From: Amoebophrya sp. A120
Taxonomy: Eukaryota > Protista > Dinoflagellata
DNA: 64,000 nucleotides
Assembly: GCA_905178155.1 (NCBI GenBank)
Contig: CAJINV010000006.1
Location: 1,861,876 to 1,925,875 of the forward strand
Direction of reading: 5' to 3'
Numbering within the stretch: position 1 is the stretch's first letter; each line of letters opens with the position of its first letter. The notes under the pieces are model-generated. The model did not search any database, was not told the DNA's origin, and saw only the letters and a list, made by a program, of their open reading frames with translations. Positions 35,191 to 47,100 of this stretch are shown piece after piece. The position numbers and the translations under genes are program-made.

Positions 35191-38100
35191 ATGGAGAAGT
35201 TGGATATGGCAAGGAAAAAGTTCGTCACGGTACTAAAACCCCCCTGCAGACTGTGCTTGACAAAAAATTCTTCTTGAGCTACAGTAAATATGGAATGATG
35301 CACACAAATTTTCACGCATGACAGACAGTTTTGATGTACTATTGCAAAATTGCGCATGATGTGTGATCTTCGTGGTGACCTTTTTTTTGTTGGAGATTCA
35401 AGGATATGAACTGCAAAAGTATCGTACTCGTATAAATGCATTACGAATTTCCTCAGCATGAGAGCGAAAATCTGTAATGCGGATTTGCCTAAAGAGAAAG
35501 ATTTGTAATGCAAGACTTGCATTCATACGAATACGATACTTTTGCACAGGATAAAGGAGGCCCGGTACCGCCGGGGGGAGTTCATCGATTCGGCGCACCG
35601 ATTATCAACTGCAAATATGTCTGGGTCTGGAAACTTGTGATGCAAGGACGGGGATAGGGAGCGTAAGTACTGTAATGCGCTGCCAAGCATGACAAGCTTT
35701 TCCATGGGTCTGGGTTCTTGCGTAGTACTCCGCATGAGAAATCGCGTTTTTGCATGACAGGTGGCAAGAGGAGCTCTTTGCGGCCACGCAATACAGAGTT
35801 CAGAGTCATGCCAGGCCAGCATTACAAATCTCGCAATTATCTCCCAGACATCCAGACGCATTTGCATTGCACACCGATTCCGTGTGTGTGAGTGTCTCGG
35901 TGCGGGGGCGTTTGCCGAATTGTATTTGGTGTTCGATTATGCATTGCAAAGGTATCGCACTCGTATTGCAATCATGCATTACAAATCCGGTTCTTAAGGC
36001 AAATTAGCATTACAAATTTTATTTCTCATAAAAATCACAAGTACGAGCGCGATGGTACTTTTGCCATGCATATTGACACGGAGAACAGTAGGAATTTAGC
36101 CGCGAAGTGCGAAAAGCCACCGAGTAGCCGCCAAAATGGTAGTTTTACTGATTTTTATTTCGACTGTCTGAATTGAAATTATGCGTTCTTGCAAGAACTT
36201 CTTTAGCACGGGCGATTTTTTTCTGAAGTTTTTTTGAAACATCATTATTTATGATCCGTCATGAACAACATATGAATATGAATTTCACAACCCGTTGCTT
36301 TAGCTTTATCTATCAACAAGAACAGAATCCGACCGGCGGCGCGCCACGCGGCTGCACAAAGAGGCAGTTTTCCAGGGGATGTTGTGCCGCAGTTGGGGCC
36401 AGGTAAACTTTGAGAAGTTCGCGTCTCTCCCAGTTTCCCAACGGGTTTACATGGAGTGGAAGGACGAACAGTTAAAATTGAAAAAGGATATGAATTGCAA
36501 ATATATCTGGGTCTGGAAACTTGTGATGCTGGGCGGCGTATCATCAGGAGGCCACAAGTGCTGGCTCAGCATGACAAGTTTCGGAGCTTCTAGGTGTTGC
36601 CTATTCTGCATGACAAACTGCGTTTCTGCATGCCAGAAAAATTGCGCTCTTGGGTAACGTGCATGACAGATTTGAGAGTCATGCCAGACAAGCATGACAA
36701 ACATGCATTCTTCCAGACCCAGACATATATTTGCACTTGATAACGGAGCAAGGTGAGCAAGATGATGCAGCTGCAGCAGAAGCGGCCGATAAAAATGTCG
36801 GGACGCTCAGCTCTTCTTCCAGTGGAGGTGGAACTTCGAGCAAGACAACCACGTCGGCCTCCATGAAGAGTTCTTCCTCCTCCTCATCTTTATGACGGTG
36901 CACAACTCCCCGTCCCCCTCATTTGTATAGCATGAACGGCAATACAAGCATCAGCAAGAGTGCCGGTTTTGCATGACAAATTTGCACTGGAGTGTAGTGC
37001 TATTTGGGCTACCAGAACTTGTCATGCAAACAGTGCCAAGTGGCAATGGGTGGGTTGGGTATTTTGCATGACAAATGAGGGGCGGGAGGGGGAGTTGTGC
37101 ACTGTCATAATCTTTGATCCAGTTGCACAATGGAGGATCCACGACAAATAAATCGACGCTGAAGCGCAGACGCATGTCCTCGGCCAGTGTGACCGGCGCC
37201 AATGTAGTTAAAGGCGCAACAACTTCTACGGGGGCGAACAGAACCAACACTAAGCAAGCCGCCAACAACATCTCCACCTCCAATAAAGGCGCAGGTAGTA
37301 CTTGTAATATCGAGGGAGACATCAACAACAGTGACAACACGAAGAAAAAAATCGATCCTCGGTTAGAGTGGTTGAACTTGGAGCTGGGAGAGTCCTATGA
37401 GTTTGTGGAAGAAATGTCTTCGGGAACGGTTTTTGACGCGCGAGTAAAGCCGGGACAGCCACAACGAACAGGGCTAGTACAAGAAGAACACCAGCACGAC
37501 GACACTTCTGCTAATCAAGCCACCTGTCAAGCACAAGTAGCGGACCAGCAAATAAGCAGCGGGAAAAAGATGGGAAGCAAGATGAATAGTTTCAAACCCG
37601 CACCCAGGGCGGCGGGGGCAACAGCTGCAGGAGCTGACGGAGAGAGGAACTACAGCAAGGGGAACAAGACCACCGGAGGAGGAGGTCGCAGTACCAATAA
37701 TAACACGCCGAAGAGTGCCAACAAGCGCACCGCGTCGGCTGACGCAAATAGTACGCTGCTGAACAAAACCACTTCCGCTAAGACGACTGCTGTCTTTGCA
37801 AGAAGTACTCTCGGCAAGATCGTGGGAGTAGAAGATCATGGCCATGACGGGGACACGACCCTTCTCCGCTCATCCCGGAAGCCCATCATCCCGATCGACA
37901 GAAGCGAGACGAACGAAACCATATTGCGAGGAAAAATCCCCCCTCCCCATATTGACGATGTATGTTTCATCCGAAAATTTGTGTTGCTGATTTGTGGCCA
38001 CAAATCGCGTCTGTCTTGCACGGAAGCAACTCCACGAGCTCCGCAGCATTGTGCAGGCGGTTTGTGATGCTGATGGGCCTACAGCACGGACGTTCCCCAT

Positions 38101-41100
38101 GCTAGACGCCTAGGCCAAAGCCTCTCTATCTAGGCTAAGTATAATCCTGCGTTTATCCTCTCCAGCACGACAAAACTGATTTGCGTACGCAGATCCTGCA
38201 TCAGAAACTTCGTTTTGATATGGGGAGGGGGGATTTTTCCTTTTGATGAACCAGATACAGTCCGCATTTCAAGTTGAACGACGGGCGCACCTGCATCCCG
38301 CGGTTCTACGGGTTCTGGGACAACCCGGCGCAAAAGGTGGCCGGGTCCGCGAAATTTCACGACGCAACCTTGATGCAGCGCACCATGAGCTCTGGTAGTT
38401 GTGGTATGTTTCACCAGGATCTCAACTATAGTCCACCGACGAAGGTCAACAAGAATGCAACCAACACTGCCGCGAGCTCGAAAGGTTCGAAAACAACGAT
38501 AGTTGGGGGCAATCCGGCAGTCGGTGGCATTTCTTCGTGCACGGAGATTGACATCTTCGTATCCTGGGCAAAAGTACTGTCGCACTCGTACTAATTGCAT
38601 TTATGCATATACAAATCTCCATCCTAAGGTAACACAGCATGACAAATTCCATCTGTCATGCTGAGGTAATTTGTAATTTAATTACTACTAGTACGATGCT
38701 TTTGCAATTCATACTTCGACCGGCGTGACAAGAAATCTACTTGTTCCCCCGACGTCAAAGCCGACACCTATCCCACGGGGCGGAAGTGCGCCTTTTTCCT
38801 GTTGGAGGTGATGGGCCGGGACCTGTGCTGCGTCCGGAAAAAAGTGAACGAAAATCACCAGTTGTCCATCCCTATCCTGTGCGAATGTATCGTACTCGTA
38901 GTAGTCGCAATTATGCATGGCAAATCTATTTGCTTAGGTAAATCCGCATTACAAATTTAATTTGTAATGCTGAGTTAATTTGTATTGCAAAAATTAATAC
39001 TACGAGTTCGATACTTTTGCAATGCATAATCCCCGCGGTTGGCTTCCTCGGGAAACAGTTGATCCAGATGTTGCAAATGATCCACGAAGAGGGGGTTCTG
39101 CACCGCGACATCAAGCCGCAGAATTGCATGCTTGGGAACAATAATCAAACGAAAATGGACCTCCATCTGGTCGATTTCGGTCTGGCCACGCAGTTCGATT
39201 TGGCCCAGGACACCTTGATTCACGTCATTTACCGGGAGTCCAGCGGGGAAATCTTGAACAACCAGGATATGCAATGCAAGAGTATCTGTATCGTACTACG
39301 TATAAATTGCATTGCAAATTTCCTTAGCATGTGAAATGGAATTTGTCATGCTGTTTTGGCTGAGGAAGGCGATTCGTCATGCGTAATTGCGATTACTACG
39401 AGTGCGATATTACTTACTTTTGCACTGGATACAGGATATCGTCCGGCAAATTGAAGACCTTCACGGAAAGGAGGCCAGCTATGCAAGAAAAAAACTCGTG
39501 TAAGTGTAAATCTGTAATGCAGAACACGCAACAGAGTTACACCTGTCATGCCAGACAGCCATGAAGTTCTCTTTTCATGTGTGTTTTCACTTACAAGCCA
39601 CGCATGACAGGTTTTTTCTGTTATGTAGAACAAATTTGTGATGCTGTCAGCCAAAGATAGTTACACTAACACAGTTTTTTTCTTGGATATCAGCTACCGC
39701 GAGAATAACCGAACCAGCTGCCCCGAGCACTTCTACACGACGCAAAAATTGGTTTTGAACCAGAAAGTATCAACGTCAAATGTGTCTGGGTCTGGAAGAG
39801 TGTAAACTTGCCATGCAGGTTTTCCATGACCTTGACCACCCATGAGATCTGGAATGCGGGACCTAGCATGACAGACTCTGTGAGGTGGTCTCTGTCATGC
39901 CAATCCTGCATGAGAAACTCCCACCCAACTTGGTCGAAAGTGGACAGCTTTTGGCATTCATGCAACACAGATTTTTGCATGATTCAGATTCAGCATGACG
40001 AGTTGCATTCTTCCAGACCCAGATATATTTGCAATGCATAGAAAGTTTTGAAACGGATGCAGCAAACCTTGAGTTCGCACCTCGCGCCTACACCTTCTGC
40101 GGCTCCAGGGCTCCACAGCACCTTCCCGAAGGAGACCAAGTACGTTTCGTTTTCCAACTTGCCGAAGGAGACGCAGGCTTTGTTCGAGAGTATCGTGAGA
40201 AAAAAGTGTTACAGTTACACACTCTCATGCAAGACAGGCAAGACAGACAACCTCTGTCATGGAGGAAACGCTTGCCAGCGTTATTTCATTCGTGTTTTCC
40301 CTTTATAGTCTGCGCATTACAAGTTTTCTTTGCCATGCAGAGTAAATTTGTGTTGCTGAAATTACAACAAATGTGTAACTGTAACACTTTTTTCCTGCGA
40401 TAGAGAGAATCGCGAAGCAGTACAACAGGGCTCGCACGCAGCTCGCCCCAAACCCCGATAATCCGCACGCGAGCAACACGGGCACCAAAGACCACCCGAA
40501 CAGGTCGCCGCTGAAAGTTCAGGATATTCGAGAGACGTGGCTTCCTATCCTGTGCAAAAGTATCGTAGTCCTACTAATCGCATTCATGCATTACAAATTT
40601 CTATCTCAAGTTAAATCTGCATTACAAATTTTATTTCTCATGCTGAGGAAATTTGTCATGCGATTTATACTACGTGCGATGCTTTTGCATTCCATACTCC
40701 CCGCGCATTATTTGAAGCGGCGCAGCCGCAACGTGGCCTTCCGCGGAACGGCGGCCTACGGATCAATTTCGGCGCTGGAGGGGTATGAGCAGATATCAAA
40801 TGCAAAAATGTCTGGGTCTGGAAGATTGTCATGCTAGTCTGGTATGACTCTGCACTCTGTATTGCGCGGCCACCAAGAGGTCCTCTTGCCTGTCATGCAA
40901 AAGCGCAGTTTCTCATGCGAAATACGCATCACAGAAGCACGAAAAAACTTGTCATGCTTGGCGGCACATGGCAGAGCACTTTATTGTTCACGGACTTGCA
41001 TCACAAGTTTCCAGACCCAGACACTTTTACTTTTGATAGCAGACCAGGTGGGACGATATCGAGGGTGCGTTTTGGGTATGCATTGCAAAAGTATCGTAGT

Positions 41101-44100
41101 CGTAGTATCTTGCATTTATGCACGACAAATCTTTTTATCAAGGTAAATCAGCATGAGAAATTCCATTTGTAATGCTGAGCGAAGTTGGAATGCGATTAAG
41201 TACTACTAGTACGATGCTTTTGCATTTCATATTGGGTGATGTTCGATTTGCTCCTCGGTGGGTTGTCCTGGCGCCGGTACTATCAAATGCAAACATCGTG
41301 ATCTGGGTCTGGCAGCTTGTATTGCTGATACTTGCATTGCGGCCTATGCCTAGCAGCTTGTACGCCATATACAGCATCAGAAGCTGTTGATTCCTCGTAA
41401 AACGCATGACAAACTTCCATCGAGCACGACAAAGAAACTGGCCCATCGCATTCCACCTGCATCACAATTTTTTCTCGCTGTCCTGCACATAGAAGCGCAT
41501 GATAAATCGTCCAGGCCCAGATCGATAAGTTTGCATTGCATAGGTACAGCCGGGCGGACATGCTGGAAAGGGAGAAGAAAGAGAAGGAAGAGAGGCGCAG
41601 GAACGGAGTTACGGCGGACGATCTCAGGAGCGGGGGGCACAACTACAGGTAACGGTTTAGGGATAGTTAGTACACCGCTCCTAGTACAGACAGATCAACA
41701 TTTAACATCGTTTCTATCTTTTTAGGTATTTTTGCATGACAGACACAGACTACATTTGCTTTGTTGAGTCACGCATGACAAGCTAACCACACAAGAAATC
41801 GGGCCAAAATCAACCTCCGCTTCTTCGATTTATCACAGGCACGGCTCGGACAAGTCGAAGCAGAAGTTTATTCTCAGCGAGAAGAAGCTCTTCGTATCGG
41901 AATTGTATAATTCGAAACTGCGAGCCGCGAAGGACTTTATCGCGCGCGACAAGATCTTTGCCGGGCCGTGGAGGGTTACTTCGGACTCCAAAAAAATGAA
42001 CAGTAGACGGTCTTTATCCAAGAGAAATTATAAAACTGCGTATAGTGTAAGTCTGTAATGCACACCAGCCATGGAACTACCACACAGTGAGTTGAGTTGA
42101 TGTTACACTTCGTCAACATGCTAGCCGGCCAGGAGATCCTACCTCATGTGTCGTGTTTTCACTGATACTAGCTGTGCATGACAGGCTTTCTGTGTCATGT
42201 ACTACAGCAGATGTGTCATGCTGTCACTCCACGACGAGACCTACACTAATCCACAGCTGTTTCTCTCTTGGATAGGCTTCCGGTCCGGCGGTACCCCTAT
42301 GGCGTTCTCAACTGTTACACTCTCAGCTGTTACATGAATTTGTCACGCAAGAATGGCAAAAGTGAAAGCGGGAAGGTTGCGCCTTTTGCATTACAGGTCT
42401 GGAGCAGATTATTATGCTATCTAGCGCGTCGAGAACTTGTCATGCGCAGAAGGCTTGAAATCGTGGAAAGTGATAGCGTTTTTGCATGACAAATTCATGT
42501 AACAGCTCAGAATGTAACGTTTGAGAACGCCATAACCCCACAGTAGCTCTTCGAGCGGCGGACTCGGGGGGAGGTTGGAATTCCATATGAATTGCAACAG
42601 TGTCCTCGTACTAGTCCTAGTGGTAATTGCATTACAAATTTTCTCAGCATGAGGAAGGCAAATTGTCATGCTGATCTACCTTGAGAGAGAGATTCGTGAT
42701 GCATAAATGCGAAGATTACTACGAGTGCGATGCCTTTGCATTGGATATTCCAAACGATGCAACAATTGATCGACGACGGCAATCCACGGTTCAGGGGCTG
42801 CGGAAAGTGGATGCCGAAGGTAGATGAAATTTATGCACAGAATTTTTTCGAGTTTTTTATGTTCTTGTACATCAAGAGCATGAGATGAATTTCATGCAAT
42901 TATTCCCTGTTGATGAACTTGAACATGAAAGTAAAAACTCCAAATAAAATAATCACAGTGTCTTACCGACGCTTTTCTAGAGATTCTGGACAAGCAGAAA
43001 TCTTCGCAGATGTGTATCGAAAGGAAAAATTCCCCCTCCCCATATCGAAAGGGAAATCTGTGATGCTCGATTTGCGTACACAAATCAGATTTGTCTTGCT
43101 GGCGAGGACTGCTGGCCCATATCGAGCCTGCGAAGACAGGTGCTGGCCTAGGCGCTCAGCATGACAGACGTCTATGCTGCAGGAGCATGAGCATGACAAA
43201 CCGCCTGCAGAATGCGGCGGAGCCGGTGGAATTGCCTTCATGCAACACAGAGACGATTTGTGGTCACAAATCAGCAACGCAAATTTTCGAAAACGTACCT
43301 TGTCAATATGGGGAGGGGGGATTTTTGTTTTTCCTTGTGATAATGTGTATCCCTTGCTCAGACGTTAATACGAATCTCACCTGTTACAGAATAAAATATG
43401 GAATGAGAAATCTGTGGTGGAGGTGGTAGATAGAAGCGCATGATGGAAATTTGATTCCTCGGCGAAATTTGTATTGCGAAAGCCGCAAGATATGGACCAC
43501 TCTGCATGTTAATATTTCTCATGCTTTTCATGCAACACGTAGTTGTAGTACACGACGAAACTCAGACATTATTTATTTACAATGTGAGATTGTAAAAACT
43601 GCTGAGCACGGTATATTGTGCTTCCAAAAGCCGGATTATCAGCGGTACATGCAGGCCTTTGAGAAGTGCGAAATAGATATCAAGTGCAAATATGTCTGGG
43701 TCTGGAAGAATGCGAGGTTTGTCATGCTTCCCTGGCATGACTAAAAAGTTTATCATGCGTGTCGAAGATGAAACCCGTTTACTTGTCATGCACAAACCCA
43801 GTTTGTCATGCGGGATAGAAGCGCAATAGTAAGCAGCGCAGATCTTTCTCGTGCTTGGCTGTGCAACATTACAGAGCATTCACTCTTCCCAAACGAGCAG
43901 TACAAGTTTCCAGACCCAGATCGATATTTGCAATGCATAATCGACTTCGGGAGGCAATTTTACTGCGACAAATTTTACCCGCGGGAGTTGCGAGCGAAGC
44001 AACGGCTTTCTGCCTCGCAATCAGCCGCACAGTTGACGACTTCTACAGGCGTAGTGGATCAAGGCTTACCTCCTGGCGATCGTGCCCGAGCGGACCAGGT

Positions 44101-47100
44101 CGTGGCCGCATGCGCCTCCAGCAAGACGACGTCTACGACCTCGCTCGGAGAACGGTCCAAATCTCAACCCACGCTAACCACTTTTACGGAGTCTGATTTA
44201 AATCCACGAACCTCGTTTCCGGTGGAAGAAATGAACATCTTCAAAAACCGAGCCATGTACAACACGGCAGGTACTAAGTACAGCTTTTTTTTTTACTAGT
44301 CTTATGGTTGCGTCTACACGACCTGCTCACAAGCGGGGGAAAAATTTGTCCCCTCCCAAAATGCTTGAGGCACCAGCTGAGATAGATGAGAACAAAGGGA
44401 GCAGCTTTTGACCTGAAACGCCATAGATGTTGTCGGTGTCTCATGAACAAACTGTCTCAAATGCATTCCACCAAAAAGCAAACAGTTGTGCTTTCCGACC
44501 TTTGATCCCCCTGGCACACTCTGCGGAAGCGCCGAGCGCTTCCGACTGTCTGGCCAAAGCCTCTTCGGCAGAGGAAATTAGGCAACTCGAGCCATAGAGC
44601 ATGGCTCATCTCCAGTTGCACCTAATAAAGGGAAATCTGAAGCGGCGCTGAAAGTAGCGCCGAAGTCGACAGCCCCCTGAAGTGTCCTTTGCCGCCCCGC
44701 ATTTACAACGACACAGGGGTGCCAAGCGACGCCTTCGGGGCCCGCTGTAGTTGGAACTTGGCACGCCGGCTTCTCGACATGAAACAGCAATATCGCCTGG
44801 TGCAACTCAATAAAAGTGCGACTTCTTGGTAGGGAAAAATTAAAAAACTTCAAATGTTGCTTGAGACTGTGACAGTTTTTTTGCAGGATATTCGAATCGA
44901 GCCATGTACAACAACACGACAGGTAAAACTTCTTCTACTTCGTCAAGCGGCGCCGGTGCTGAAAATTCTAAGAGCGATGACACCCCGAAGAAGAACGTCG
45001 GGGGCAACAGCGGTACTTCTAGTACAGCGAAAAATAATGCGCCCAATAATACGACCCCCGGTGCAGCAGCAGCGACTTCTTCCCAATCTGCGAATAGCGT
45101 CGCGGCACTATTACCCCGCGCCCTGATGAAGGAGATTCTGGACGAACCGCGTGACAAAGACGTGTTGGTCCTCACTAACGGGCGGGTGAACATTTCGCAG
45201 AGTAAGGTGATTTATGCATTGCAAATATGTCTGGGTCTGGAAACTTGTGATGCTTAAATCATACTTGTGGGCGCACTGCAATACGCAGCCAAGCATGACA
45301 AATTTTTCTTGGGCTGCTATTGTCTTTCGTTTTCGGGGGCATGGCAAACTGCGTTTTTGCAAGACAGGCAGGAGGCCTGTTGCCTGCTCGTGCATCACAG
45401 ATTCATGAGTCATGCCAGACAAGCATGACAAAGTCGCACTCTTCCAGACCCAGACATATTTGCATTTGATATGATTTGCCAGGAGCGGTTTTGCAAGCCG
45501 AGCGAGCGGGACATTCGGCGGGCTATGCATTGCAAAAGTACAATTGCAACCGTGCATTACAAATGTTTTTCTCAAGGTAAATCCGCATTACAAATTCGAT
45601 TTTCCATGCTGAGGGAGTTTGTAATGCAATAATACTTACAGGCACTACTGGTACTTTTACAATGCATACGGGCCACGCAGGAGCAGTTTTCGGATGTTCA
45701 TTTCTACGACGAGGGGCTTCCGGAATCGACGTTATCTTTTCCGTCAACCTCTTCCTCCGATCAGAACGTACCGTCCGGAGGGGGCGGCGGCCCGGTGGGG
45801 GGTGGAGGTGCTAAAATGAAAATGAAGAATGGTCCACCTCCCGGGGGGAACACCAAAGGCACAGGCGGCGGGGGCCGCGCGGACCATGATCATCCTCCTG
45901 CGGGGCGTAGCAGCAATAAGACGTCGGGTAACAACTACAACAATCACAATACCGGTGGGACAAGCAACAACAAGCGTAATAACAATAGCGACAAGAACTA
46001 CTTCTACGACAACATGACCAACAGCAACAAGATATCCCACAGAAAAAAGGAGGCAGGGCAGATTTGTAACGCAAAAATAAATACGCAGAAAAATCTGTCG
46101 TGGGCAACCCCATAGCATGCTGTTTAGGACATGCAAGACAGATTGTTTTGTCTATTTATTTTTGCATTACAAATCTGACCTGCTTGCTTTTTTCTGTGTG
46201 ATACAAGAAACAGGGCAGCACGTTTGAAGTGCTCTCGGCGAAGAAGATGCGAACGAACCACGGCGCGCAACTGCGGGAAAATTTTATCAACTGCAAAAAT
46301 GTCTGGGTCTGATGAAAGAAATCAGATGTTTGTCATGCAGCTTTTGCATCTGCTTCTGCGCGGAGGTCTGGAATACGCGCAAAGCATGAGAAATTCTTGG
46401 GAGGCTTCTTCATGCCTAGCCCGCATGAGAAATGTCCCCTCGCCCAGACAAAAACCAGCTATATTTTGCTGACCATGCAAGACAGATTTTTACCTGTTTC
46501 GGAACTCGCATGACAAGTTTGGATCCTTCCAGATCCAGACATTTTTGCATTTGATAAATTTGCAGAAAATGCAAAAAGCCCGAGCTGGTGCTGAAGATCG
46601 GGATCACAGGGAGCGGCCTGCGCAGAACAAAGATCAAGACCGAGACAATTATCAGAAGCTAGTACCCACCAGTAGAGCAGACAAAAATAGCAGTATTCTG
46701 GCCATCTACGGAGGTGGTGGTGCGAACAACGGTGCAGGAGCTACTGCGAGTACTAAAAATAGCGGGAAGCTGAAGCGGTCTTCGCAGCAGTTTTTTTACG
46801 TGGATCACGATTACAACAGTGACCGCCTGAAAGTGAATAACACCCGGCGGACTCTATCATCTGCAAAAACATCGACAGACTCGTACTAGTAGAAAAATCG
46901 CATGACAAATTTCCTATAGCATTTTTACAAATAAAATCTGTGTTGCGGATTTACTGCCTCAGGAAGAAAATTTGTAATGCATATACTGCGATCATTACAC
47001 AAACACAACTACGAGTGCGATAGTTCTTTTGCACGGGATAGACCCCGCCGCCGAGTAGCAAAAATGTAAATGGTTCTTCGTTGTACAACAAGAATGATAA

